The position numbers were made by a program, and so were the translations under genes. Of a stretch of DNA of 64,000 nucleotides, positions 12,001 through 24,200 are shown piece by piece. The notes below the pieces were generated by a model. That model did not search any database, had not been told where the DNA came from, and was given only the letters and a program-made list of their open reading frames with translations. This DNA comes from Paraspadella gotoi (Eukaryota; Animalia; Chaetognatha). Within the stretch, counting starts at the first letter, position 1. Every line of letters begins with the position of its first letter. The stretch is taken from the NCBI GenBank assembly GCA_051294375.1, contig CM119266.1:20099657-20163656 (forward strand), given 5' to 3'.

Positions 12001-14282
12001 CGTAGTCTTAAATTTTTAACCCCGAAGTCACAACAAGTTGAACAACCTCAAATCGGAGTAGCATCGTATCGTAGTACTTAAATGAATTATAAGAATCAGT
12101 AGTCTATGAGAGTCTTGATTGAAAACTTTCAGAGACCTGCCATGAGATGGAGGACTCTCTAAAGTCAGGGACAAGATAGCTTATTAATTAAATGAATATA
12201 TTTTTTTTGATATTGGTTGCGCGGATCCAAGTTGAGAAAAAAGCGAAATAATTAAACCTATAGGGATAGAGGTGAGCGAAGACTGTTTGACCCTCGGCTT
12301 CTCCGACGGCCGTGAATAGAAAATTGACGACGAAATATAAGAAGTCATTGGTCAACTGAAAAAGTAAAAGGCAAAAAAAAAAAAAAAAAAATAGAAAGTT
12401 TATACGCAATAGGTTAAATTCGTTGTTTAGTTTTAAAAAAATAAGTTAATTATATGTAATAAGTTCAAGTACAACGCTATGAAAAATTTATTTCACTCGA
12501 GTGGACTTTTGGCAGCGGGTCACAACCAAGCGCACAAGTACAAAAATGAAAAAAACTAATAGTTTCATAAAAAAAAGAAAGAAAGAAAGAAAGAAAGAAA
12601 GAAGAAAAAAAATAAAGAAAGGAAGAATTAAACAACAAATGAAATGAACAGTGAATAAGAAAATAATAAAACATAGGAAGGAAATAAATAAAAATCATTA
12701 ACTATTTCTTTCAACGTCCTCACAAGCGTAGGGATTGCAATTAAAATTATGCGAGTTACTGTGCTAAATACAAAAACAATTTTTTGCCAAAATTTTAATC
12801 ATTTGTCATAATGTTAAATGTCATAATTGTATTCTATATCCTCAAAATTATTCGTTTTTTTTTTAAATTAATTTTCCGTTTTTCTCTGTTACTGCTTTAC
12901 CACTGATCATGGCATAGAAATGTATGCGAAAATATTTGCAGTAATTCTCATTATGAAAATACACATCATTTTAATGATCAAAAAGGTTATTTTGTTTTCT
13001 GTCATACAAGGTTATACCGTTTATAGCCACTTCTGCGTTTGGTAAGGTCACGTGCACTGAAGTGATGATATCTGAATTCCGTTTCGCCGCGATATTCAAT
13101 ACGTGGCATCCATCCTTTTCGAGCTACGTCTACGCGACCCGCCATTAACTTTTTTTTCTGTTGACGCCCTATCGAATGACTCGGCTGAGACGTGCTTTGG
13201 CAATCACCGACTTAATAAACGGCTTACGTGCGACACAGTATCATTTTTCGGGTGACGCCAAAAACAATTTAGGTTTTATTTATAAATTATAAGTACGTTT
13301 TCTTTCTCATCTTCTCCATCCTCCGCTCTTCATCTTTTAGTCATTATCTCTTGCTCACTTTCTCATCTCCTCACTTGCTTTTCATTCTTTCTCCCTTACA
13401 GGAGTGGGATCATAAATCATTGGCCGTTTTTCGCACAATGATTTTTAAAAATTTTCCCCATTCATCATTGCGTTAAAGTGCAGTTGGATTTTGAATAGTA
13501 AAATTTCAAGTAAATGACATTTGATTAAATACCTTGGTAAGTGATCCTACGTAACTGACCTTGATCAAATCAGAGGCTGCCAACGCTCCTAGATATACAT
13601 TAGTCGACGTTTGCATTTTTTTGTTGGTAAAGATGATGAGAGAGAGAAGGTTTCCCACTATTCCGAACGAGCAGACGACAGGGTAGCAGTACAGACCTGC
13701 GTCGAGGTTTGGCCTCGCTTATTTAGTATTACATAGGAAATAATGAAGCGGGAAATGCACACTGCACACTGCACACTGCAGTGCACAGGTCACCCCGCTT
13801 AGAAATATCATTGAGTAAAGCCATCTGCTCATGACCTACCGGATTTCCATCCTAACACGGTGCCTTGCCTTCAAGAAGCATGAAAACGGCCGTAAACTGC
13901 CTTGGGACCTGATTCCAAGCCCAGGACCAGTTCCATTGCTGCTAGTGGGGGTTAAAGAAGTTGTGAATAGTCAACTTCAGCCCACTTAGCGCCTTATCCA
14001 CAATAATAAAGGGAGTTAAAGAAAGGTTTGAAAAGTATGACCGCGGGTGGTAAGAGGATCTTACCGTAGAGTTACTACAATTACTAAGTAACAATATCGA
14101 CATTTTCGATTTCTTTTTAAGCTGCCCTGAGGATTAGTCACGTGGGGCTTGCCTGTAATGTCACGTGCGGTTCGGTAAAATATTTCATATTGATCGATGG
14201 AAGAGTCGTTCTCGTTGTTCCGCTTGACGATTTGCGAGGGCGAAGTGGCAATGAATTCTTTGCTTGAGTTTGTAGAGTACAT
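6086..14282 (-). CDS. Class A neuropeptide GPCR, FMRFamide/MIP(sex-peptide)/myosuppressin receptor-like
   Basis: Exons 14282-14153, 13696-13560, 12355-12258, 11931-11866, 10418-10288, 9457-9377, 8850-8690, 7613-7520, 6519-6086 join in frame. TM1 GIVGN, TM2 LAASD, TM3 SWLTVFIGIERF, TM6 FLVCITP, TM7 NSSTNFPIY. Intron 1 has a GC donor. Confidence 0.9.
7117..7430 (+). mobile_element. HINE/DINE-like interspersed repeat (terminal hairpin plus GTCG microsatellite)
   Basis: Hairpin AGTTGCTCCG..CGGAGCAACT followed by (GTCG)n. Related copies at ~14610-14905 (-), ~17575-17885 and ~23075-23360. Confidence 0.55.
9856..9906 (-). ncRNA. Degenerate minimal hammerhead motif (probable PLE relic) in a GPCR intron
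   Basis: Minus strand reads AACG CCGATGA AAGCCT..AAGCC GAAACATGTC CGTT: same GAAACATGT core as 3931-3984, but with a U4C change and a damaged stem II. Confidence 0.45.
10601..11556. mobile_element. Foldback MITE / non-autonomous Tc1-mariner-type DNA transposon with long TIRs
   Basis: CATGGTGACAATTTTA... and ...TAAAATTGTCACCATG; about 200 bp of near-perfect inverted repeat plus weaker inner arms; flanked by TA on both sides. Confidence 0.85.
13780..14005 (+). repeat. Interspersed repeat family (CACCCCGC..TGAGTAAAGCCATC..CTCATGACC; TTCAGCCCACTTAGCGCCTTAT)
   Basis: Partial copies at ~25775-25865 (reverse) and ~36070-36128. Confidence 0.6.
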
Positions 14283-14609
14283 GGCGGGAAGTTGTGACCC
14301 TTGGCACAGGTAATGCCATTGGCTTATGGCTTCAAGACAATCGCTGGAAACATAAATATTCTTAATGATATCATCTTTCGGAAGCTAAATATCGTCGTGC
14401 TCTTTTACCCAATCCCTTGGCTCTGTGTTCTAAAGCACCATCGCACTGAGGCACCCGCTGGTCCAAAGCACGAAAGTCCGATTTTTTTTTATTTATTGTA
14501 ATAACAAATCACAAAAACGATATTTTATCACAATTGGCGTTTAAAAAAAAACGGTTACAATTTTTAAGAAAACAATAAGGGAAATTCAAAAGTATTTCTC
14601 TTTGATCAC

Positions 14610-14905
14610 ATGATATGATGTGACATGACATGACTAAAAAACTATTTTTGCCCGTGTATTTATGGCATGCACTGCAGCAAAATTCCATCTTTTATTCCTT
14701 ATAGTTTTAGGAATTCCAGAAGGCGGCGCTAGCAGTCCCTTAGATTTGAGGTTTTTTCTATCTTAACAAATTAGCAACCAACTATAAGCAAATTATGCAT
14801 TTTTAACATAAGTGAGACAAACCGACGGACAGACATACCGACCGACAGTCCGATCGAAAAGTGACTTATTGAGTTGCTCCGCGAGTATTCACGGCGCAAC
14901 TAAAA
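14610..14905 (-). mobile_element. HINE/DINE-like repeat copy
   Basis: Reverse complement of the 7117-7430 family, including the AGTTGCTCCGCGAGTATTCACGGCGCAACT hairpin. Confidence 0.55.
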
Positions 14906-16020
14906 ATGAATAAAAGTGACTCCGCGCATTTTTCCGCCACGGATTCCGCAACGTGGGGCGGGGGGGGGGATTGTGGGTTGGAGTGAGGATAGGCGTTGTA
15001 GAGACTTTGGTTAGGGTCTAGGCGTGTAGAGGATAGAGTGGACGGAACCTTTCACGGGTAGAAGTGGAAGACCGGAATTGAAAATTGAAAATCCCTCCTT
15101 CAAAGTTCAATAAGTTTTCCACTTTCACTTGCATATAAAAAAAATTGTCGCGGTTTGGAAAAGTCGGTTAATTTCAATGTCAAATATATTTCTTAACCGG
15201 TAAATAGGTTTTAATATATAATATGACCTCCCTAGGACTGAATGAAAATATTATTTTTAACAGCATAAAATTATTTTAGGCATACAAATACTTCCAAAAG
15301 AGATCGTCTCCAAATGTTTTCACCTCTTTTTGATCAAGAGGTCTACTCAATTATTCATTAATTCAATAACATAATAATAATAATAATAATCAATAATAAT
15401 ATAATTCAATACTCAACTACTCATATTATTTTAAACCAGGCTTTAGTTATTGCTGCATAATGTAATGATGCATTATCTTTTACTTTAACAAAATATTTGA
15501 TTTTTTTTTTACTTGTTTAATACTTGGTTCTGATAATACATATACAAATAAAAATAATAACATTGCTCACAGAAAGGTTACCCAGAGCCTTATAACTTTT
15601 ATCGATACTTTACAATATAAAGAAAATATTTTGGAGCATTTACAGCATCAATATATTTTTAATACAGCTCTTTTTTTGACATATAAATTAAGATTCTATC
15701 GTAATGCAATAACCATTTGGCATGAGACTGGGAAAAGGCAAGAATTTTTAATAATAAAAAGTAATAAAAAAGAACCGGAAATTAATAAATAAAAAATGTA
15801 GATATAAAAAAGATAAAAAAGAAAGAAGCATTTTTTTTTAACAATTCATTTTCTTTTGCATAGAACTCTTGTATTTTTTGTCATACATAAATGGGACAAG
15901 CTCATATGAATTACAAGAGGCCAAAGTTTCTCAATATCTAAATTTTATTTTTCGATTCTTACATTAAAATGCCGAAAAATAGCTGGAAAATAACCGCGAC
16001 AATTTTTTCTATCATGATAC

Positions 16021-16673
16021 TATGGTGGACTAAAACCCACCAACCGTTCATGCAGGCGCATTTGGTGCCAGAGGCAGTCATTCGCCTCCCAACCCAAAGG
16101 TCCGGGGTTCTAGCCCGGTGGTCGTCTGGCAGTTAAGAGGGACGGGGCGCTTAACCCGCCTGTAACATGGTGTTACAGCCTGATCCGAAGCTCAGGGACT
16201 GATATTGAACGGTTCTGTCATTAACACATATCAATAATTACTGTCTCTTCTTTGGTGAGCCCGACTTCCGAACACAACAGCAACAACAACACTTTCAGGC
16301 GACATGCCTCAACCTGGCGATGCACTTTCGCCCCCACAACACATCAGGCGACATGCTCAACTTGGTGACGCACTTTCCACCAACAACAACAATTCACTGA
16401 AGAGACGCAACGACATCTTCCTACGGGAGGGGGGATGTATGGTGGACTAAAACCCACCAACCGTTCATCAGCGGCCATTGGTGCCAGAGGCAAGTCATTC
16501 GCCTCCCAACCCAAAGGTCCGGGGTTCTAGCCCGGTGGTCGTCTGGCAGTTAAGAGGGACGGGGCACTTAACCCGCCTGTAACATGGTGTTACAGCCTGA
16601 TCCAAAGCTCAGGGACTGCTTATATTGAACGGTTTCTTGTCATTAACACATATCAATAATTACTGTCTCTTCA
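16021..16673 (+). mobile_element. TRIM-type non-autonomous LTR retroelement, family B, with a tRNA-like module in each LTR
   Basis: LTRs 16021-16251 and 16436-16673 (3' LTR TGTATGG...TCTTCA); PBS TGGTGAGCCCGAC at 16253; polypurine tract GGGAGGGGGGA 16425-16435; TSD ATAC (16017-16020, 16674-16677); interior with two imperfect repeats TCAGGCGACATGC..CAAC(C/T)TGG..GCACTTTC. Confidence 0.92.
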
Positions 16674-19400
16674 ATACTAAGATAAAAAATATTGATGGGC
16701 TGTTGGAATTCGATCTCCAAAACTAAAAATTTGCCAAAACTTTTTTATTTTTACCACAGTTGCACAATACACAAATATACTTGCAATGTCAATGTTATGG
16801 CACAAGTCGATTTAGAAGACAAAGGAAAAAAAAAATTTTAAATAATCGTTTTTAATAAAAGATAAATGATGCCCGGCGTTATATATTTTTTTTTAATTTT
16901 TGGTTGGAAAGCATTGATTCTGATTCTCCAAAAGGCTTTTAACTGAAAGGAATGAAACGTGACAAATGGAAAAAAAATTATGAAAAGACAAGAATAAAAA
17001 AAAAACATTAACCGAAGACAGGAAATCATTACAAGAGTAATACTCAGTAAGGAATAAACTGTTTGGGCAGAAAAAGGCTGCATTTTGGGGAAGAAAGAGA
17101 AGTAAAGAGAGGAAATTGAAGGGAAAAGACATCTTTGTCTTTGATTGGTGATATTGAATTGAATTCCTTCTATCCTCATTAATGATTTTATTGAATATTG
17201 TATTCTTTATAAACAATTTCGCCTGTTTATAGTTTTATATAGATTAGTAATTTGTAACAGCATTTGAAATTAGCAGCGAAGCTACAAAAATTTATGGTTT
17301 TTTCTCATAAAAAAATCAAATTGCAGCCCGGAAATTGATCCCGCTTACTTTTCCGCGCCCGCCCATTTCGGTTTGCGTGACTTCTCCGAAGGAAAAGAGA
17401 ATTTTTGACTTTTCGGCGCGAAATTTTCCATTGTTCTCTCCATGTTAACTCCAAGGTGTGCTTTTTACAACTTGCTGCGATTTTTGCATTGCCTTTCTTT
17501 CCTCATCCTGCCCTTCAGAGTTAAACTTAAAGAATGTGGGTAGAATCGTCCATCTCTCCGTATTTTGTTGTTATTTTTAGTTGCGCCGCGCTGCTACTCG
17601 TCACTTGACGGTCGGTCGATCAGTCGGTCCCACTTACAGTAAAAATTCTTATAATTCGGGTAATACTGAAGTCACGTGATTATCTTATAAAGCGATCACA
17701 CAACGCAGATTCAATACGGCTTAAACTCGGTTGCTAGCTAGACTGCGAAAAAAAATCGTAGAAAGAATAAAAGACGAAATCCGATGCAGGGCATATCGAA
17801 CGCTCACGGTAGTCACTTGATCACCCTAAAATACTCGTGAAAGAAAGTTACTGCGGCGCAATACACATTGAAATGACCGGTCACAATAACTATTAAAGTT
17901 GTGCAGTGACACAGTTGAATACAGCATTTCGACTCGTAATATGATGTAATATGGACTCAGAATATGTTATTGTCATTCTCAAAATTTAACGAATTGAAAG
18001 TACTTTTAGTCCAAAAATAGAATATAACTATCTAGATTTAAAATAATACTATTTCGATCCCCGATGTTTTAAATTTTTTAATTTTTTTTAATTTAGTCGT
18101 CTGACCTAAACGCATCGACTCTTTGACACAATGCACATTTTACATAAATTTGGATTATTCAATATTCATTCTTTCTTTCTTTCCTCCCAAGAGTTGTTTT
18201 TATATTTAACCGATGCTGCTTGAAAATTGGAACCAATTAGTCGGTTGTCAAATTAGCAAGTCGGGGTTTGTTTCATTCAAGGGAAGGAAGGCGAATTGTT
18301 AAAAAAAGAAAAGATGAGCTCATTTTTCACGTTGAATTTGTTCTTTATTCTGGTTGTCATCTGAGATAGCTTTTTTTTTAAATTTTAATCCTCTACCACT
18401 CAATTTATTTCGCAAAATTCAATTATATTGTTCCAGATAAAGGGATAATTAAGATTAATGGTATTAAAAGAAAAACCGATTGGTTCGAAAAAATCGTCGA
18501 CCCTATTTCTGTTTTACACAACAGTAAATCATATATTATGACTTCAAAAATTGACTACTCCAAGTTTAATCACTTACCCGACTTGGATGTGCTATACAAT
18601 GGTGAGATGAATCGATTCAGAGGTCCAAAAACTTTTAACTGGCTCGTTAAATAAAAATAGTGAAGTTAAAATCCTTTAAAAATTTCAGCACTAGAAATTA
18701 GATTTTTTTTTTTCAGTGCTTCATAAGGGGAAACAATTTTTTTTTAAAGATATAATCACAAATATATTGTATTTCCTTAGTGGCTTATCATCACAATTTA
18801 AATTTAATATTAAAACAGTACGTAAAGTCAGAATGTAGAAAATTAGTCTTGTCCAATGTCCATTTCGGAAAGTTTTCTCGAAAAAATAAATCTTCTCTTT
18901 GAAAGAAAGAAAAAAATGGGCGCGGGTTGAAAGGAGCGGCGCCGTATAGACGGCGTTGTCGTCGTCGTCGTCGTCGTCGCTCTCCTCATCCTCTTCCATC
19001 GCGTCATTTTTTCTCCTCGTCGACGCATTCATTCAGAGGCGTGTATAGTATACACTGGCCTGTGGTGCTGATAAAAAATATATATATCATAAACGACAAC
19101 AACTCGGCAACAACAACAACGATCGAAAAGCTGAGGAGCAAGCGATGCAGGTAGGAGAATAGGAGGAGGAAGCGCTTGCTCATGAGGATGAGGACCAAGG
19201 AGCAAGCGAGGAAGGAGTGAAGGGAAAAATGACATTCAACTCTTGAAGCGAACTGAGGAGCGTTTGGGACTAAAACTTTAAAATGATTGATTGATTCCCC
19301 CTTATCACCCCACTCGCTCCGCGTTCCCCTACCGTGTGGACACGATGGATCGCGTGCGAAAACACTTGTCAGTGACGGCTCTGATAGCGTTTATGATATA

Positions 19401-19771
19401 CAGTGTGTCCCAATGTCTGTTAATAAAAACTTACTGCTCCTATATCAGACCATTGTATTGTCCATTTTATAGCATACCTAAATTTTAAAAATTGAACCAA
19501 ATAAACTCCTATAGTTATCACACAAAATTATTGGAGAAATCAATTTTAGTAATTTTTAAAAAAAAAGATTATTAATTTTTTTTAAATATTTAATAAATAT
19601 AATTGTTATTTTCCTTTCGTTTTCGTTGGTGCAAGGTTTATAGATGAAAAATATTTTTATTTTTACAACGAAGTTTATTAATAATATTGCAGACATGTTT
19701 CGAAAGGTTTTCCATTCTTTTTCAGTGCAAAAACGAATTATGAATTACAAGATTAACAATTTTTTAAAATT

Positions 19772-19857
<86 letters not shown>

Positions 19858-20185
19858 CTGAAGTTGAGGTCAGATTGAAGGATACAGGAGGGAAAAGAAA
19901 AAGAAATAAAAGGTCAAAGGAGAAACAGCAACGGAGATATTAATAAGTTAAACTGTAATGTATAACAGTTATAAATAGTTTAAAACTAAAATTGGATGAA
20001 AAAGTTAACAGTAACAAAAAATAAATTAAATTAAGGTTTTTCCATAATTTGATTAGTGAAAGGAAACTTCAGCTGTCTTCACCCTCTAGACTCTAGTTGT
20101 TGTCTTTCCCTTAACCCTTTGTTGGAAGCTATAATTTCATTTTCTCTTTCTCTCAGTTAACAGACAGTACCATAGGGACACACTG
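19401..20185. mobile_element. Tc1/mariner-type MITE
   Basis: TA|CAGTGTGTCCC...TGTCTGTTAA and TTAACAGACA...GGGACACACTG|TA terminal inverted repeats. Confidence 0.6.
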
Positions 20186-21277
20186 TATATATAATACATT
20201 GGTTGTATATATATTATATATATATAATATATTGGTTGTACCACTTTCAAAGAAGAAAAAAAGACGTGTAAGTTGGAAGCATAAAAACTTACGTAATAAA
20301 ACGATTATATGTTAATTTTTAAAAGAGCAGGGTAATTGTGAAAACTTCTTGACAAGTGGAAAGTTCGTCATTTATCCCTAACCCTAATCAATAATCTAGC
20401 CTTAATCTTCAACCTAATTCATAACCCTCGCCTCGTAACTAATTTTTAGAGCTAATAATTAACTTAATCTCGTAATCGTTGGGCGATAACATTATTATAA
20501 TATCAATAGTCAATATTTTAAAAAGATTAATAAAGAATAAAAACTAGAATTCAAATTCCAACTGATCCGGTTCTCTCCATAGAACGAAAGAAAATTCGTG
20601 GTTCAGGTGCCTAACGACCAAAAAAAAAAAAAAAAATAAGAAAGAAGAAAAGGACTTTGAAGTCGGACTCACTTTACAAGGGCCTCGTTTTCATTCCGCC
20701 CCATCTCTTTGAGTTAAAAGAGACAAAAGACTAACGATTCCTCCGGCTCGTTTCTTTCCCCTTTTTTTTCTCTCCGAGTCGAAGACGTCGTCATAGAAGA
20801 AAGACGATCAAGATCCAAAGGTCGAGGCGATCTTTAGCTTCAATCCTCCTTTTTTTCTTTTTTTCTAACTTATTGTGGAGTTCATTCAAGACTTGGAAAT
20901 GTATTGAATATCGATTGCGCTCACGTGACCTCGCCAAAGGCAAATGCGATATCGATATCACTTTTGTTCACTTCTGTCGAGACTGAAAATCCTCCGTATC
21001 GATAATTTACTCTGGAAAGCGTCGAAACGTGTTCTCGAATAAATAAATACGCATTAGCTAACGATTAAACTAATGTATAACTATATTAACTTTTTTTTAC
21101 ACGAAGTAAAATTTAGTATTAAATTTAAAACCATTAACAAGTAACAAACGGATTTGAAAAAAAAAAATTCCTAGAGGTTTACATTACAGTCTAGAGACTT
21201 CCCTTGCCAAAGCTAGCACAATTAACACTCTCAGTAATAGTTGAATTTATTAAAAAAAAAAAATCAATATCATATAC

Positions 21278-24200
21278 TTAGTCATTCCCTCGACTCCCCA
21301 ATGAGTCTATTGTCTGCATCCACTCAATGAGCGACTTGGTCAGCTGAAAGTCAGCTTCGACCAGTCTTTCCGTGATATCGAAATGGTCGGTTCCGCCAAC
21401 ATCCTCCAACGAGGCGTCGAAGCCGTGTCGTCGACACTCGGAAGCAAACGCGGCGCTTTGACGCCGGAATTCGGGCGAATCGTTTTCGGCGACGGCGACA
21501 CGAATTAAGAAAGACGTCGAGTTCGGTGCAACCGCGGCCACGCCCTCGGCATCGGTGGACTCGGTCTTTAAAAAAAAATATTTGAGTTTATTGACTTATG
21601 TTCCGTTAATGATTATAATATTAATAGTAATAAACTCATCACTTTTTGTATTGGAAGGTTTTGAATGAGTAGTAGGGGGCTGTTGCGCCTGGCCTCCGCG
21701 TCATTCATCTTGACGGCAATGTTGACGGAAGTTCGAAGAAGCGGAAGAAGATTGAAAACCCCGCTGATGGGAAATACTCCTTTAGGGTTGTAAGGCGAAA
21801 AAAATTAAGAATAAAATGAAAATAATGACCGTCCTAGGTAACCGCGCCAGTGACAGGTGGCGTCACTGGGGGTCATTGAGGGTCTCCAGAAAAATGTAAA
21901 AATGAAAAGGATAAAATAGAAGGAAGTATTTTTTGGACAATTTAATTTCCTTTTGCATAGAACTCTTGTATTTTTTGTCGTACACTTCATTGATAGGGAA
22001 GCCAGGTTCACTGGGAGTGAATAAATAAGACTGTGAGAGAGTCTTGATTGAAAGCTTGCAGAAACCTGCTATGTTATTATATTGTAGGTGTGATGGAGGC
22101 CTTAAACCACCAAAGCCTGTCCAAAGTCAGGGACAAGATAGCTTATTTATTAAATGAATGGATAATTTTTATATTGGTTGTACCAATTTCATAAAATTTT
22201 ATTTTATTTTCATTAAAATTAATTAAAATGCGGATAAATAGCTGGAAAGTAACCGCGACAATTTTATTTTCCATCATGGTAAGTACCGAAAAATGGCTTG
22301 AAAGTTCCTCCATAGTAATACTTAGCGAGACTTTCAACAACACTGACCTCTAAATGTCGACTCTTGCTGTGAGTCGAGACCGAAGCACTGCCATTCGGTC
22401 AACATGAGCATAGAGACAAGCTGACCACCGGCAGAATGACCCACAGCCACTGCCCAGGTCCCAGACTTCGCAGCCTCTCGCAAAACAATAGCAAAACCTC
22501 GCCTGACTTGATTCACGATTTCGTCCAGACTAACCTGAGGTAGAAAATATAACCAAAAGGGAATAAGTAAATTATAGAATCCTTCGAGTCCTTTAATTAG
22601 TTTTAGATAAACTAATAGAAAAAATATTTAGAGAGAGAGAGAGAGACTTAAAAGAGTAGAAAGAGACGCTAGAGTCTAGACAAAAAATAAAAGAAAATGT
22701 GACAGAAACAAAGTATTGGAAAAGGGCAGAAAAAGAAGAGTTTGTGGTGGTCTACCATCACAAGTTATAAGTTACTAGTGTCATGTTGAAAGTAAAAATT
22801 TCCCCCGAAACTGTTACTTCACTTTTCATATATACTCAATATAAAAATCGAGGAAGAAAGATGATAGAAAGCCTGTCTGAAGTCAGGAGCAAGATAGCTA
22901 ATTTATTAAATGAATAGATAATTTTTATATTGGTTGTATCAATTTCATACAAAGCCTTGTGTTTTCTGATTTGAATGATTTAGCTCTTAGTAAAGCAGAA
23001 ATAAAAACATAGGTATGGGGTGCAACTGGAAGAAAGGACTAAAAAAAGATTTGACCACATTTTTTATAACATCTTTCGTGGCGCCGCGAGTAATCGCGAA
23101 ATATCACTATGAGACACTTGGGGGTCGGTCAGTCGGTATGTTTGTCCGTTAATTGGTCCCTCTTACGTTCAAACTGCTTATATCTCCTTCAGTCGGGTGC
23201 TTTTTTGTCATTTTTGTGGAGATCCTCGCATCTAAGATACTATTAGTAGTATCTAGTAGTACTTGCACTAACTTTTTTTTTTAATCGTAAAACGCAGGTT
23301 GAATGCTTATTGGTGGTCACGTGATCACCCGGAAATATCCGTGATAAGACAGTCACATTTGAATTTGTTCTTTTTTTAAAACCTAAGATATATTAATAAT
23401 TTTGCGAATATTTTTAGTATAATTCGTGCTTAGCGGTTAATCGAGTTAAGTCTAACCAAAGTGACAAGTTCTTCACAACCAGCTATTAAAAAAATATATA
23501 TATATAATGAGAATTTTGGATTAGCTAAAACGAAAAATCGGACCTTGGGAGCCAAGTCGTACCCAAGCGCCACAAACCGGAAACCGTGGGCGTTTACGGA
23601 GTCGGCGAAAAAGCCAGATGACGCCACGTCCAATGCCTGCCAATAACCCCCGTGGACGTAAACGCAAAAAGGTCGAGAAGGTTTTCCCGAAGTGGTTGGA
23701 GGAGGTTCGAAAACGTGAAGCGACGTTTCATCTGGGAAATGTAATGTAATTGTATTACAATTACTAATTGTAAGAGTGAACCGAATTTTAATTTATTGTT
23801 TCGAGTTGATTAAAAGACATTTTTAGAGAGAATTAAAATAGTAATAATAAAAAGAAATTTAAAAAAAAAGTTTTTTAGTTTTATGGAAAAAAAAAACTTA
23901 GGGGAGAGAATAAGTTAAGATTTGGAGGAGCATCTGGCGCAATCATTTTCTAGTCGCCTATCACTTTTTGAAGCTCGCAATCTCTGCATAGTGAATATAT
24001 CATTTGCAATTTTATCGATTGTGCCACAGGCGGCACGTCGACCTCTTCCCTTTGGTGATGAAAGGCGAGGGCAACGAATTACAAAGCGAGCATTGACGTG
24101 ACAAAAAAAAAAGGTCGTGACGTGGCACAAAAAACGCGGATCGCACTCGAGTAAAAAAAAAAGCAGATCGCACGCAAGTCACTACAATTCCATAATAATC

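Noticed and set aside
18721-19235. Cluster of overlapping short ORFs
   Set aside because: Low-complexity GC-rich sequence with no recognisable domain; more likely promoter or 5' UTR of the GPCR.
22028-22062. Possible hammerhead variant (CTGTGA..GAAAGCTT) in the ~250-bp repeat
   Set aside because: The core does not match CUGANGA, stem II is not convincing, and copies disagree.
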